NCBI GenBank assembly: GCA_044229975.1
Contig: JBGARZ010000014.1
Location: forward strand, 128,001 to 192,000
From: Polyangiales bacterium
GTDB taxonomy: Bacteria > Myxococcota_A > Polyangia > Polyangiales > Ga0077539
Direction of reading: 5' to 3'
Length of the DNA stretch: 64,000 nucleotides
Positions 48,598-58,289 of the stretch are shown here, one piece after another (position 1 is the stretch's first letter; each line of letters starts with the position of its first letter). A program made the translations under genes and the position numbers. Below the pieces are notes generated by a model. It made no database searches. It worked only from the letters and a program-made list of their open reading frames with translations, and was not told the DNA's origin.

Positions 48598-48624
48598 GGC
48601 GCGCACCCTATCACCGCAACGGTG

Positions 48625-49395
48625 TCACTCCTGCGAGGGGGCGTCGGGGCCGTCGGGCGGCGGCGGCGCGTCGGGGCCCGGGCCGTGCTGTGCCATGTGC
48701 GTGCGGAGCTCGTCGACGCTCAGCGCGCCGTCGTGGTTGACGTCGCCCACGGCGATGCGCTGGGCGAAGCGCGGGGGCAGCTCGGCGAGTTCGACGGTGC
48801 CGTTGTGGTTGGCGTCGAAGTGCTCGACGAAGCGCGCCGGGTCGGGCGGGCCGTGCGGGCGGCGACCGTGGGGGCCGTGACCCGGCGGGCGCAGCGCACC
48901 GCTCGCGTGGGCCTGCTCCAGCTCCGCGCGGGTGATGCGGCCGTCGTGGTCGGCGTCGGCGACCTGCATGTGGGCCCAGCGCTCGGCCGGAACCTCCGCG
49001 GCCGTCACCGCGCCGTCGTTGTCAGCGTCGATGCGGGCGAAGCGCTGGGCGCGCTGTGTGTCGACGTGGGCCGTGAGCTCGGCGACGGAGAGCACGCCGT
49101 CGTGGTCGGCGTCGGCCGTCGCGAGGCGCTCGCGGGCGTGCTCGGGGAGCTCGGTCACCTCGACGCGGCCGTCCTGGTTGCGGTCGAAGAACTGCGCCAT
49201 GCGCGCCGGGTCGGGCGGGCCGCGGTGGCGGCCGGGGCCATGGCCGTGGTCGTCGGCGAGGCCGGGGGCGTTGGGCGATGCGACGAGCTGGGCGCTCGCG
49301 GCGGTGCCGGTGCCGTCGGTGGCGCCGCAGCCGGTGGCGAGGAGGGCGGCGAGGGACGAACCGAGGATCCAACGGGTCGAAGAGAGAAGCGTCAT
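48625..49395 (-). CDS. EF-hand calcium-binding lipoprotein
   Basis: Six DxD/NxD/NG loops (DRNQDG, DADHDG, DADNDG, DADHDG, DANHNG, DVNHDG); lipobox ATGC. Confidence 0.9.
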   Translation of the reverse strand: MTLLSSTRWILGSSLAALLATGCGATDGTGTAASAQLVASPNAPGLADDHGHGPGRHRGPPDPARMAQFFDRNQDGRVEVTELPEHARERLATADADHDGVLSVAELTAHVDTQRAQRFARIDADNDGAVTAAEVPAERWAHMQVADADHDGRITRAELEQAHASGALRPPGHGPHGRRPHGPPDPARFVEHFDANHNGTVELAELPPRFAQRIAVGDVNHDGALSVDELRTHMAQHGPGPDAPPPPDGPDAPSQE

Positions 49396-49559
49396 GAAGG
49401 CCTCCTTCAAGGCGATCGGGTTCGAGGGGCTTCGACGACCGGGGCGTGAAGGTCCCTACGGTACCGGAGAATTTTCTTGTCGGCGCAGACCGACCGTAGG
49501 AGGCGTGGCGGTCGAGGCGTCTGGTACAACAGCGTGAACGGTCGTTGCGAGGCAGTGGA

Positions 49560-50087
49560 TTGGACGAGCTCGATGAGGCAGTGCGCCGCGTGGTGCGCGG
49601 AGACGCCGAAGCCTTCCGCAAGATCGTGGACGCGACGAGCGACGGGCTCGTCCGGCTGGGTGCGCGAATCGTCGGGTCGTTGAGCGAAGCGGAGGACGTG
49701 GTGCAGGACGCGTATGTGAAGGCCTACCAGGCGTTGACGAGCGGTCGCTTCGAGCAGCGATCGAGCGTGCATACGTGGCTGCGGCACATCGTGACCAACA
49801 CTGCGATCGACGCGCTGCGGAGCCGGTCGCGGAGGCCCGTCCCGAGCGAGACCATCGCCGAGTCGGGGTGGGACGGCGAGGCCGGGGCGCAGGCCGCGGT
49901 GGCGCTCGCCGAGCTCAACGACCTGCTTGGGGGATTGCCTCCCGACCAGCGGGCGGCGGTGGTGCTCCAGAGCGTCGAAGGGCACGCGGTGTCGGAGATC
50001 GCGGTCATCCTCGGGTGCTCCGAGGGGGCCGTGGAGCAGCGTCTGGTGCGCGCGCGGGCCACGCTGCGAGAGAGGAGCGGATCATGA
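49560..50087 (+). CDS. ECF RNA polymerase sigma factor
   Basis: AEDVVQD, TWLRHIVTNTAID, region 4 EIAVILGCSEGAVEQRLVRAR. Confidence 0.92.
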   Translation: MDELDEAVRRVVRGDAEAFRKIVDATSDGLVRLGARIVGSLSEAEDVVQDAYVKAYQALTSGRFEQRSSVHTWLRHIVTNTAIDALRSRSRRPVPSETIAESGWDGEAGAQAAVALAELNDLLGGLPPDQRAAVVLQSVEGHAVSEIAVILGCSEGAVEQRLVRARATLRERSGS

Positions 50088-50362
50088 GCCTCGATCGGAA
50101 CGAATCCCTGGAGCAGCGGCTGGAGCGACTCGGTGGGGCGACGGCGGGGTTGCGTCCGCGCGGCGGGTTCAACGACCGGGTGATGCGGGCGGCGCGGGCG
50201 TCGCAGCCGGGGGTGTTCGACGCGGTGGTGCGCTCGGCGCGGGCGATGGTGCCGGTGGCGTTGATGGCCGCGGTGCTGGCGACGGGCTGGGCGGTGCGCA
50301 CCGACCGGGCGGCCGATCAGGCGTTGGCGTCGAGCTTCGACGTGATGGAGATGGAGTGGTGA
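50084..50362 (+). CDS. Putative single-TM anti-sigma factor
   Basis: ATGA-coupled to the sigma; P..GFNDRVM motif plus TM. Confidence 0.65.
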   Translation: MSLDRNESLEQRLERLGGATAGLRPRGGFNDRVMRAARASQPGVFDAVVRSARAMVPVALMAAVLATGWAVRTDRAADQALASSFDVMEMEW

Positions 50363-50796
50363 ACGCGCGGGTGACAGGCGCCGCGGTGCTGGCCGCGGTG
50401 TTCGCGCTCGGCGCGGTGGCTGGCGGCGGCGGGGCGTACGCGTGGCTGCGGCGCGACGAGGTGGTGGAGCGGCCGGGCATGCGCGACCCGCGGCGACTGC
50501 GGGCGCTGGAGCGCGAGCTCGACCTCACGCCGACGCAGCGCGAGCAGGTGAGGGCGATCCTCGATCGCTCGGGCGAGCAGCGTCGGATGCTGGCGCAGCA
50601 GATGTTCGAGCGCTGTGGGGCGGAGGTGCGGGCGCAGCACGACGCGGTGTCGGCGGAGATCCGCACGCTGCTCACGCCCGCGCAGCAGCCGCGCTTCGAC
50701 GCCATCACGGCGCGCCAGCACGACCGCTTTCCCTTCGGGCTGGGTCCGCCCGGAGGCGGTCGTGGTCGCGGCCCGCGAGGACGCGAAGGCTTCTGA
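50359..50796 (+). CDS. Spy/CpxP-like periplasmic protein
   Basis: LDLTPTQ and LTPAQ motifs; N-terminal hydrophobic segment; GTGA coupling. Confidence 0.75.
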   Translation: MNARVTGAAVLAAVFALGAVAGGGGAYAWLRRDEVVERPGMRDPRRLRALERELDLTPTQREQVRAILDRSGEQRRMLAQQMFERCGAEVRAQHDAVSAEIRTLLTPAQQPRFDAITARQHDRFPFGLGPPGGGRGRGPRGREGF

Positions 50797-50856
50797 CGGG
50801 CCATCAACGGCCTTCCCCCGCGCGGGTCGGTCGTGGTGTCGTATGGCCCAACGACG

Positions 50857-51717
50857 ATGAGTGAATCAGCAGTGCTCGGGGTGGTCGGTGGCAGCGGGCT
50901 CTATCAGATGCCGGGGCTCACGGAGGTCGAGTCGCTGAGCGTGACGACGCCCTTCGGCGCGCCCTCGGATGGCATCGTGCGGGGGAAGCTCGGGGGCACG
51001 TCCGTGGTGTTTCTCCCGCGGCACGGGCGGTCGCACTCCAACTCGCCGTCGACGCTCAACTACCGCGCGAACATCTACGCGCTGAAGTCCCTCGGGGTGA
51101 CGCACGTGCTCTCGGTCTCCGCGGTGGGATCGCTGCGCGAGGAGATCGCGCCGGGAGACCTCGTGGTGCCCAACCAGTTCATCGACCGGACCACCTCACG
51201 GGTCGGGACCTTCTTCGATCGCGACGTCGTGGCGCACGTCTCCATGGCCGACCCGGTGTGCCCCTTCATGGCGGCGGCCGTGGCGGTGGCGGCGCAGGCC
51301 ACGGGCGCGACGACGCACACGAGCAAGACGTACGTGTGCATCGAGGGGCCGCGCTTCAGCACCCGCGCGGAGAGCCGACTGTTTCGCCAGTGGGGCGCCG
51401 ACGTCATCGGCATGACCAACGTGCCCGAGGCCTTCCTCGCGCGCGAGGCGGAGCTCCCGTACGCGACGCTCGCCCTGGCCACCGACTATGACTCGTGGCG
51501 CGAGCAGGACGAGGCCCACGTCGACGCCATCATCGCCGTCATGAACCAGAACATCGCCCGCGCCCGGGCCGTGGTCGCCGCGCTCGCTGCGGCGCTGCCC
51601 GACGTGTCGGCGAGCCCCGCGCAGGGGGCGCTGAAGCACGCGGTGATGACCCAATGGGCCTCGGTCTCCGACGAGGCGCGCGCCCGCTACCGGCTGCTCC
51701 TCGGCGAACGGGGCTGA
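50857..51717 (+). CDS. mtnP: S-methyl-5'-thioadenosine phosphorylase
   Basis: GVVGGSGLY, FLPRHG, NYRANI, EGPRFSTRAES, GMT, ATDYD. Confidence 0.95.
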   Translation: MSESAVLGVVGGSGLYQMPGLTEVESLSVTTPFGAPSDGIVRGKLGGTSVVFLPRHGRSHSNSPSTLNYRANIYALKSLGVTHVLSVSAVGSLREEIAPGDLVVPNQFIDRTTSRVGTFFDRDVVAHVSMADPVCPFMAAAVAVAAQATGATTHTSKTYVCIEGPRFSTRAESRLFRQWGADVIGMTNVPEAFLAREAELPYATLALATDYDSWREQDEAHVDAIIAVMNQNIARARAVVAALAAALPDVSASPAQGALKHAVMTQWASVSDEARARYRLLLGERG

Positions 51718-51720
51718 GGC

Positions 51721-53130
51721 TCAGGCCGCGGGCGCAGGTGGCAGGTACAGCGTGAAGCGGCTGCCGCGATGGGCGCGGCGCTCGGCGACGATCCAGCCGC
51801 CGTGGTCGCGCGCGATGGTGTAGGCCACCGAGAGCCCGAGCCCGGTGCCTTCGCCGACGGCCTTGGTGGTGAAGAAGGGCTCGAAGACCCGCGCGAGGTC
51901 TTCCGTGGCGATGCCGGTGCCCTCGTCCTCGACGGCGATGAAGAGCCAGCGCCGCGACACCGAGGCCACCTCCGCGGGCGCCGCGACGTCGCGCTCGCCG
52001 ACGGTGATGGTGAGCGCGCCTCCATCGGGCATCGCGTGGATGGCGTTGACCGTGAGGTTGGTGAGCACCTGGTGGATCTGCCCGGGGTCGACGAGCGCGG
52101 AGGTCGCGCCCTCGTCGCGGAGCTCGAAGCGCACGCCCTTCTTCTGCGCCATCGGCCCGAGCATCGACTCGGTCTGCGCCACGACGTCGATGAGCTCGGT
52201 CGGCTGCATCGACGGGCCCTTGCGCCGCGCGAAATCGAGGAGCTGCCGGATGAGGTCGGTCATCCGTCGGGTCTGCTCGTCGATGATGCGCGCGCTCTCG
52301 ACCACCTCGTCGGCGGTGTTGCCCCCGCCGATGAGAAGCCCCGCGTGGCCGAGCACCACGTTGAGGGGCGTTCCGAGCTCGTGCGCGAGGCCCGAGGCGA
52401 GCTGCCCGACGGTGCGCAGGCGGTCGGCGTGGCGGAGTTCTTCGACCGCGCGGAGGCGCGCGCGGTAGTGGGCGTCGGCGTTGTCGTGCGCCTCGGCCAG
52501 CCGGTCGCACATCGCGTTGAGCTCCTGGGCGAGCTCGGCGATCTCGTCGTCCTGTTGGAGCACGAGGGGCCCGGTGAGGTCGCCCGCCCCGACGCGGCGG
52601 GCCTTGGTGCGCAGGGCCCGCACGGGGTCGCCCACGAAGTGCGCGCCGAGCAGCGCCGTGACGAGCCCGCTGATGAGCACCGTGACGAGGCCGATGCTGC
52701 TGTTGCGAATGACGCTGACCGCGACGAACTCCCGCTGCGAGGTGGTCGACTCGCGCAGCTCGATGACCCGGCGCCCGACGCCCGGCACCTCGAAGGGGTA
52801 GCAGCTCACGTCGTAGCCGCTGAGCTCCAGGTGGCGCTCGCGACCGTCCCAGCGCTCGCCGAGGCAGGGACCGTCGGAGCGCGCGCGGACGGCCACCGCG
52901 GCGTAGGCCGCGTCGACGTCGACGATCATCGCGTCGGCGTGGTCGGCGTCGGCGAGGCGCCACACGTCGACCCAGGCGGCGCGCAGGGTGCGGCCGACGA
53001 AGTCGTGGTCGCGGCGGGTGTCCTCGCGAAACCGCGCGCGCTCGCGGGTGATGCGAAACACGGTGTTCACCATCGTGACCAGGGTGATGGTGAGGAAGAT
53101 GCCGAGGATGAGCTTGCGGGTGACCTTCAT
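51721..53130 (-). CDS. HAMP sensor histidine kinase (NtrB-like)
   Basis: AHELGTPLN, NAIHAM, DEGTG, FEPFFTTK..GEGTGLGL. Confidence 0.93.
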   Translation of the reverse strand: MKVTRKLILGIFLTITLVTMVNTVFRITRERARFREDTRRDHDFVGRTLRAAWVDVWRLADADHADAMIVDVDAAYAAVAVRARSDGPCLGERWDGRERHLELSGYDVSCYPFEVPGVGRRVIELRESTTSQREFVAVSVIRNSSIGLVTVLISGLVTALLGAHFVGDPVRALRTKARRVGAGDLTGPLVLQQDDEIAELAQELNAMCDRLAEAHDNADAHYRARLRAVEELRHADRLRTVGQLASGLAHELGTPLNVVLGHAGLLIGGGNTADEVVESARIIDEQTRRMTDLIRQLLDFARRKGPSMQPTELIDVVAQTESMLGPMAQKKGVRFELRDEGATSALVDPGQIHQVLTNLTVNAIHAMPDGGALTITVGERDVAAPAEVASVSRRWLFIAVEDEGTGIATEDLARVFEPFFTTKAVGEGTGLGLSVAYTIARDHGGWIVAERRAHRGSRFTLYLPPAPAA

Positions 53131-53151
53131 GGCCGTCGGCCGCGGCGCCGC

Positions 53152-54072
53152 TCAGCGGAAGATTCCGCGCCGCTCCTTGAGCCCGCGGTTGAGCATGCTC
53201 TGGACGGTGCGCTTCACGTCGAGCGCGCGCTCCTCGACGCCGGCGTCGTCGTCGTCGGGGTCGCCCGTGAACGCCATCGGCTCGCCGAAGTAGATGTGGT
53301 ACTTCGTCGGCAGCGGCAGGAAGCCTCCGGGCAGCAGGAGCTGCGGGAGCACCGGAAAGGCGGGCATTCCGAAGAGCTTCGCGAGGGTGCTCAGGTCGGC
53401 GAGGGAGACGTACTGCTCCTCGGCGCCGATGACCGCCACCGGGACGATGGGCGTGTGCGTCTGGAGCGCGAGGCGCATGAAGCCGGTGCCAAACTCGGTG
53501 AGGCGGTAGCGCTCCGAGAAGGGCTTGGAGATGCCGCGGCTGCCCTCGGGGAAGACCAGGATGGCCTCTTCTTCCTCCAACAGCCGGGCGCAGTTTTCGG
53601 GCACGCCGACGATCTGCCCGAGGCGAGGGAAGAGCACCGAGACGAAGGGCAGCGTGGCGCTCCAGCGCTCGACCATGCTGCGCACGAAGCGCGGGGGGTC
53701 GCGGTCGAGCAGCAGCGAGCAGGCGATGGCCATGCCGTCGAGCGGAACCTGCCCCGAGTGGTTGCTGATGAGCAGCACGCGCCCGTCGGGGACGTTCTCC
53801 ATGCCGTGCACCTCGACGCGAAACCAGTCGCGGTAGAGGGCCTGCGCCACGAGCACGCCGTAGCGGGCGACCTTCGGGTCGAAGCCGAAGGGGTCGACGC
53901 CGGCGGCCGTCTCGTGCCACGCGATCTGCTCGAAGCGGCGCCGGGTGTCGTCGCCGAGCCAGCGGTCGACGGTGTCGTCCATGCGCTTGCGGACGGCCTC
54001 GCGCGTCCGCTCGACGAGCCGTAGCGGGCTGAGGTTGCGGGCGCTGGCCCAACCCGGTGCGTAGCGTCTCAC
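53152..54072 (-). CDS. Lysophospholipid acyltransferase (PlsC-like); start uncertain (53982 or 54072)
   Basis: NHSGQVPLD, VFPEG, TGFMRLA, PIVPV. Confidence 0.9.
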   Translation of the reverse strand: MRRYAPGWASARNLSPLRLVERTREAVRKRMDDTVDRWLGDDTRRRFEQIAWHETAAGVDPFGFDPKVARYGVLVAQALYRDWFRVEVHGMENVPDGRVLLISNHSGQVPLDGMAIACSLLLDRDPPRFVRSMVERWSATLPFVSVLFPRLGQIVGVPENCARLLEEEEAILVFPEGSRGISKPFSERYRLTEFGTGFMRLALQTHTPIVPVAVIGAEEQYVSLADLSTLAKLFGMPAFPVLPQLLLPGGFLPLPTKYHIYFGEPMAFTGDPDDDDAGVEERALDVKRTVQSMLNRGLKERRGIFR

Positions 54073-54264
54073 GGCGCGACGGTGATACCCGCGGTGACAC
54101 CCCCACGACAAGCTCCTGCGCAATGCCTGGAGTTGAAGCCGTCCGGGGAGGTGCGATCTGCTCCGCGCGGTGTTCCGGATCAACCTTGCGACGGCCACGC
54201 TGCCCGCCGATCGCGAGACGGTCATCACCGGGATGACGCCGACGTACGGCTCGGGCGCACCTCG

Positions 54265-54660
54265 ATGACGGTCACGCTCGCTGATCCGACCGCGACGGTG
54301 ATTCCCGCCGGGGTCTTCGGGCTCGACAACCGCACCGTGCGACTCCCGGCGCGCGCCAGCAACCACCGCGCGACGATGTCCTGCCGCCCCCACCGCACCA
54401 TGAACGTCTTCGCGGTGCTCGGGCACATGCACAAGTACGGCTCGCGGGAGGTTCCGGCGTTGCGGCTGGTTGCGCCGGGTGACCTTGCGGCGAGCTGGCT
54501 GATGATCAAGCTCGATGGGACCATGTCGCAGCGCGCCAAGTGCCGCGCCGACCCCCGGATGTGCGGCGTCTCGATGCCCCAGGGGATCCCCATCCTGAGC
54601 CGCGGCGCGCGTGACCTCGTCCGCACTGGATCAGCATGGGCGCTCCCGGTCCGCGCGACC
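54265..54660 (+). pseudogene. Chimeric relic: copper monooxygenase C-domain fragment joined to a cytochrome c-like fragment
   Basis: FAVLGHMHKYG runs directly into LVAPGDLAASWLMIKL...CGVSMP...DLVR; WISMGA follows in a shifted frame. Confidence 0.55.
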
Positions 54661-54669
54661 TTTGACGGG

Positions 54670-55743
54670 TCAGCGACGCCGCGCGCGACGCCGCGCGAGC
54701 CCGACCAACGCCAGCGCCATCAGCCACCCCTTGGACGTCTCGTTGCGCGTCGGCAGCGTGCGACACCCGCAGCCCGGCTCTTCGGTCGGTGGCGCGGCGG
54801 TGCCCGCATCGACAACCTCTTCGCCCGCATCGACGTCGACCTCGCTGCCGACATCGACGGGCTCGGGTCGATCGGGCGCGCCCACGTCCACGGTCACGTC
54901 GCGCGCGACGGGGGCATCCACTCCGACGTCGCGTGGTGCGTCGACGCCGAGGTCGCGTGGGACGTCGCGGACGATGTCCGTGGGGATGTCTCCTGGGACA
55001 TCGCGCGGGATGTCGATGGGGACGTCCCTCGGTACATCGATGGGCGTCCCCGCGTCGCGCGGCGGACCCGCGTCGGGGTCGGTCACGCTCAAGAGACGTT
55101 GGTATGCCTCGATGAGCGCGCCGTAGGTCGGGGCGTAGACGGTTCCGAAGCCGGTGACGGCGCGGTTGAGGTTGAAGTGCAGGTGGATGGTGGTGGCCGT
55201 CCCGCCGAAGTTGTTGGAGACGCGGCCGATGCGGTCGCCGCGCACCACGCGGGCGCCCACCGCGACCTGCACGCTGCGCATGTGGAGGTAGTCGTAGCGG
55301 GTGCCGTCGTCGCCGGTGAGATAGACGGAGTACGAGCCCACGTTGGTGATGCGCCCCGTCGCCGCCGCAACCACCCAATGAACGTTGTCCATGCAGTTGG
55401 CCGCGCGGATGTCCTGCCCCTGATGGCCCATCCCTGAGGGGCACATCGGCATGTCCCACTCGCGGCTCTCGCAGTAGTTGTCACGCCAGGGGTAGGAGCG
55501 GTTGCGGGCGTCGCACTGCGATCCGCTGGGCCCCTGGCTTCCGCCGACGCCCCACACCTGGGAGTTGGCGTACGCGGGGGCGCTCTCGATGGGGAAGCGC
55601 ATGCCCGGCGCGTAGCTGGTCATGTCGGGTCGGCCGCGTCCGCTGCCGGTGACGAGCTCGCCCGCGGGGCGATAGGTGAACTGCGCCTGCGCCGCGGGGG
55701 CGCACAGCACAACGGCGAGGGCGGCGACGGTCGCGCGCGTCAC
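54670..55743 (-). CDS. M23 family metallopeptidase with MYXO-CTERM-like tail
   Basis: YPWRDNYCE, GHQGQDIR, YLHM, HLHF; DVPR-type linker; GCGCR-TM-RRRARRR. Confidence 0.9.
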   Translation of the reverse strand: MTRATVAALAVVLCAPAAQAQFTYRPAGELVTGSGRGRPDMTSYAPGMRFPIESAPAYANSQVWGVGGSQGPSGSQCDARNRSYPWRDNYCESREWDMPMCPSGMGHQGQDIRAANCMDNVHWVVAAATGRITNVGSYSVYLTGDDGTRYDYLHMRSVQVAVGARVVRGDRIGRVSNNFGGTATTIHLHFNLNRAVTGFGTVYAPTYGALIEAYQRLLSVTDPDAGPPRDAGTPIDVPRDVPIDIPRDVPGDIPTDIVRDVPRDLGVDAPRDVGVDAPVARDVTVDVGAPDRPEPVDVGSEVDVDAGEEVVDAGTAAPPTEEPGCGCRTLPTRNETSKGWLMALALVGLARRRARRR

Positions 55744-56291
55744 GGGCGCACCTCGACGAGCGACTCGGCGAGCGCGCGGAGGTAGTCCTCCTGCACGCAG
55801 CGGGCGTCGAGGTCGGGGCGGTTGCTGCACTCGACGTCGAGCGACCAGGCGACGCCGCGCTCTTCCCAGGTGGCGACGCGGATGAGCTCGTTGCGGGACA
55901 CGGTGGCCGGGAGCCCGCGCAGGGTGCCGGTGTGTCGGAGGGTCACGCCGGGCGGCGGCGGTTGGAGGTTGGCGTTGCCGTGGATGGCGATGGTGAGGTC
56001 GGCCAGCGCGATGGACGCGGCGACCCAGCGCGGACCCGACGTGACCACGGCGACGGCGACCATGCGCTCGTCGCGCGGCAGCAGCAGGGGAACGGTCGAC
56101 GTGTCGAGCTCGCGACGTGACTCGGGGCGCAGGAGGTCACGCAGGCGCCGCGGGTCGACGGTGGTCGGCGTGGTGGGCGATGGGGCGACGACGGTGGGCG
56201 GCGTGGCGGGCGGCGACGACGTGGGCGCGTCGCGACGACACGCGAGCAGGAGCAACGGGAACAGCGAGAGGGACAGGCGCACGGGGCTCAC
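55740..56291 (-). CDS. Hypothetical lipoprotein coupled to the M23 peptidase
   Basis: LLLAC lipobox; VPLLLP...WEERGVAWSLDVEC...C; GTGA overlaps on both sides. Confidence 0.7.
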   Translation of the reverse strand: MSPVRLSLSLFPLLLLACRRDAPTSSPPATPPTVVAPSPTTPTTVDPRRLRDLLRPESRRELDTSTVPLLLPRDERMVAVAVVTSGPRWVAASIALADLTIAIHGNANLQPPPPGVTLRHTGTLRGLPATVSRNELIRVATWEERGVAWSLDVECSNRPDLDARCVQEDYLRALAESLVEVRP

Positions 56292-58087
56292 GCCTTCTCG
56301 GCGTACATCGCCTCGATGGCGTCGTTCCAGACCTTGTAGACGATGGCGCGCTTGATCTTCAGCGTCGGCGTCAGCTCGCCGTGCTCGATGTCGAGCGGGC
56401 GCGGCAACACGGTGAAGCGCTTGATGGTCTCCACCCGCGCCAGCCGCGAGTTGGTGTCGTCCACCGCCTTCTGCAGCTCCGCTCGCACCGCGTCGTCCGT
56501 GTGCGCGGTCTTCGCCAGCGCGTCGGCGTCCTTGCCGTTGGCCTGCGCCCAGCGCGCGAGACCCTCGGCCCGCAGCACCACCAGCGCCGTGAGGTACGGG
56601 CGCCGATCGCCGATGACCACGACTTCTCCGATGAGGTCGTGGCGCTTCAGGTCTTCCTCGATGTTCTTCGGGGTGATGTTCTTGCCGCCGGAGGTGATGA
56701 GGATCTCCTTCTTGCGGCCGGTGATGCTCAGGTAGCCGTCGGCGTCGAGCTTGCCCAGGTCGCCCGAGCACAGCCATCCGTCCTTCAGCGTCGCCGCCGT
56801 CGCCTCGGGGTCTTTGAAGTACCCCATGAAGACGTTGGGGCCCTTCACGAGAATCTCGTCGTCCTCGGCGATCTTCACCGTCACGCCGGTGATGGCCTTG
56901 CCCACCGTTCCGAAGCGCGTGCTCCCCGGCATGTTGAACGACGTCGGCCCCGTGTCCTCGCTCTGTCCGTAGACCTCGCGCACCGGCAGGTCGAGCGACG
57001 TGAAGAACTCCAGCACCTCCCTTCCGACAGGCGCCGCGCCGCTCACGCAGATGGTCGCGCGGTTCAAGCCCAGCACCTTCTTCAGCTTCGAGTAGACCAG
57101 CTTGTCCGCCAGCCGATATTGCAGCTCCAGCAAGCCCGGCAGCGCCTCACCCCGATCGCGTCGGGCGTGCACCTCGGTCGCCACGCCGCGCGCCCACTTC
57201 GCGATGGCCGCCTTCGCGCCGGTGGCCTCCTTCAGCTTGCCGTCCACGCCCGCGTAGAACTTCTCCCACACCCGCGGGACCCCGAAGAACACATCCGGCT
57301 GCGCGTCGACGAGGTTGTCCTTCAGCTTCTCGATGCTCTCGGCGAAGTAGATGGTGATGCCGATGGTGATGGCCCCGTGGATGGAGAACATCTGCTCGGC
57401 GATGTGCGACAGCGGCAGGTACGACAGCATCACCTGGCCCGCCTTGCCGTCGACCAGCTTGGCGGCGGCGGTGGCCGTCCACGCGATGTTCTCGTGCGAG
57501 AGCATCACGCCCTTCGGCGGCCCGGTGGTGCCCGACGTGTAGATGAGCGTCGAGAGCCCCGTCGGCTCGATGGCCTCCACCCGTCGCTCGACCTCGGCGT
57601 CTTCGGTCGCCATGCCCGACTCCGCGAAGGCCTCCCAGGTCATCACCATCGCGTCGTCGGCCGGGGCCGCGGTGCCCTTCATCAGCACGATGCGCTTGAG
57701 CGCCGGGAGGCGGTCGCGGACCTTCAACACCTTGTCGAGCTGCGCGGCGTTTTCGACGAGCGCCACGAGGCACTCGGCGTGCGCGAGGATGTACTGCACC
57801 TCGTCGGCCGAGCACGTCGTGTAGATGCCCGCGGGGGCGCCGCCGGTGAGCAGCGTGGCGGTGGCCATCGACACCCACTCGGGGCGGTTGGTGCCGAGGA
57901 TGCCGACGGTCTTGCCGGGACCGACGCCTTCGCCGATGAGCGCGCGAGCGACGCGACGGGTCTCCGAGACGTGGTCGCGCCAGCGGGTCGCCCTCCACGC
58001 GCCGTCGACCTTCACGAAGTACGCATTGCCCTCCGGGCGCTGCTTCGCCTGGGCCAGAAACCTTGCCGGAATGGAGTCGTATCCCAT
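56288..58087 (-). CDS. fadD: Long-chain fatty acid--CoA ligase
   Basis: YTSGTTGPPKG, YLPLSHIAE, YGQSE, SGDLG, GRKKEILITSGGKNI, ELTPTLK. Confidence 0.93.
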   Translation of the reverse strand: MGYDSIPARFLAQAKQRPEGNAYFVKVDGAWRATRWRDHVSETRRVARALIGEGVGPGKTVGILGTNRPEWVSMATATLLTGGAPAGIYTTCSADEVQYILAHAECLVALVENAAQLDKVLKVRDRLPALKRIVLMKGTAAPADDAMVMTWEAFAESGMATEDAEVERRVEAIEPTGLSTLIYTSGTTGPPKGVMLSHENIAWTATAAAKLVDGKAGQVMLSYLPLSHIAEQMFSIHGAITIGITIYFAESIEKLKDNLVDAQPDVFFGVPRVWEKFYAGVDGKLKEATGAKAAIAKWARGVATEVHARRDRGEALPGLLELQYRLADKLVYSKLKKVLGLNRATICVSGAAPVGREVLEFFTSLDLPVREVYGQSEDTGPTSFNMPGSTRFGTVGKAITGVTVKIAEDDEILVKGPNVFMGYFKDPEATAATLKDGWLCSGDLGKLDADGYLSITGRKKEILITSGGKNITPKNIEEDLKRHDLIGEVVVIGDRRPYLTALVVLRAEGLARWAQANGKDADALAKTAHTDDAVRAELQKAVDDTNSRLARVETIKRFTVLPRPLDIEHGELTPTLKIKRAIVYKVWNDAIEAMYAEKA

Positions 58088-58289
58088 CGGTCGAATACCC
58101 CGTGTGGCGTCAGTCCGCGCGCGAAGTGCCCCGCGGCGGCCGAACGGTCGAAGACGGCACCGCAAGTGTCAAGAGCGAACGTCGGCGGGTTGGCGCGCTA
58201 CGGGGTGCAGTCGGTCGCGAAGACGACGCCCGCGGTGCCGCCCGCGCTACCGTTCGCGGGACACTCGAAGCCGGCCGGGGCGACGGGGC

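Noticed and set aside
50797..50856. SAM/SAH riboswitch upstream of mtnP
   Set aside because: The gap is only 60 bp and has no recognisable aptamer motif
53152..58087. Secondary-metabolite gene cluster (acyltransferase plus AMP ligase)
   Set aside because: No carrier protein, PKS or NRPS domains; the ligase looks like an ordinary long-chain acyl-CoA synthetase
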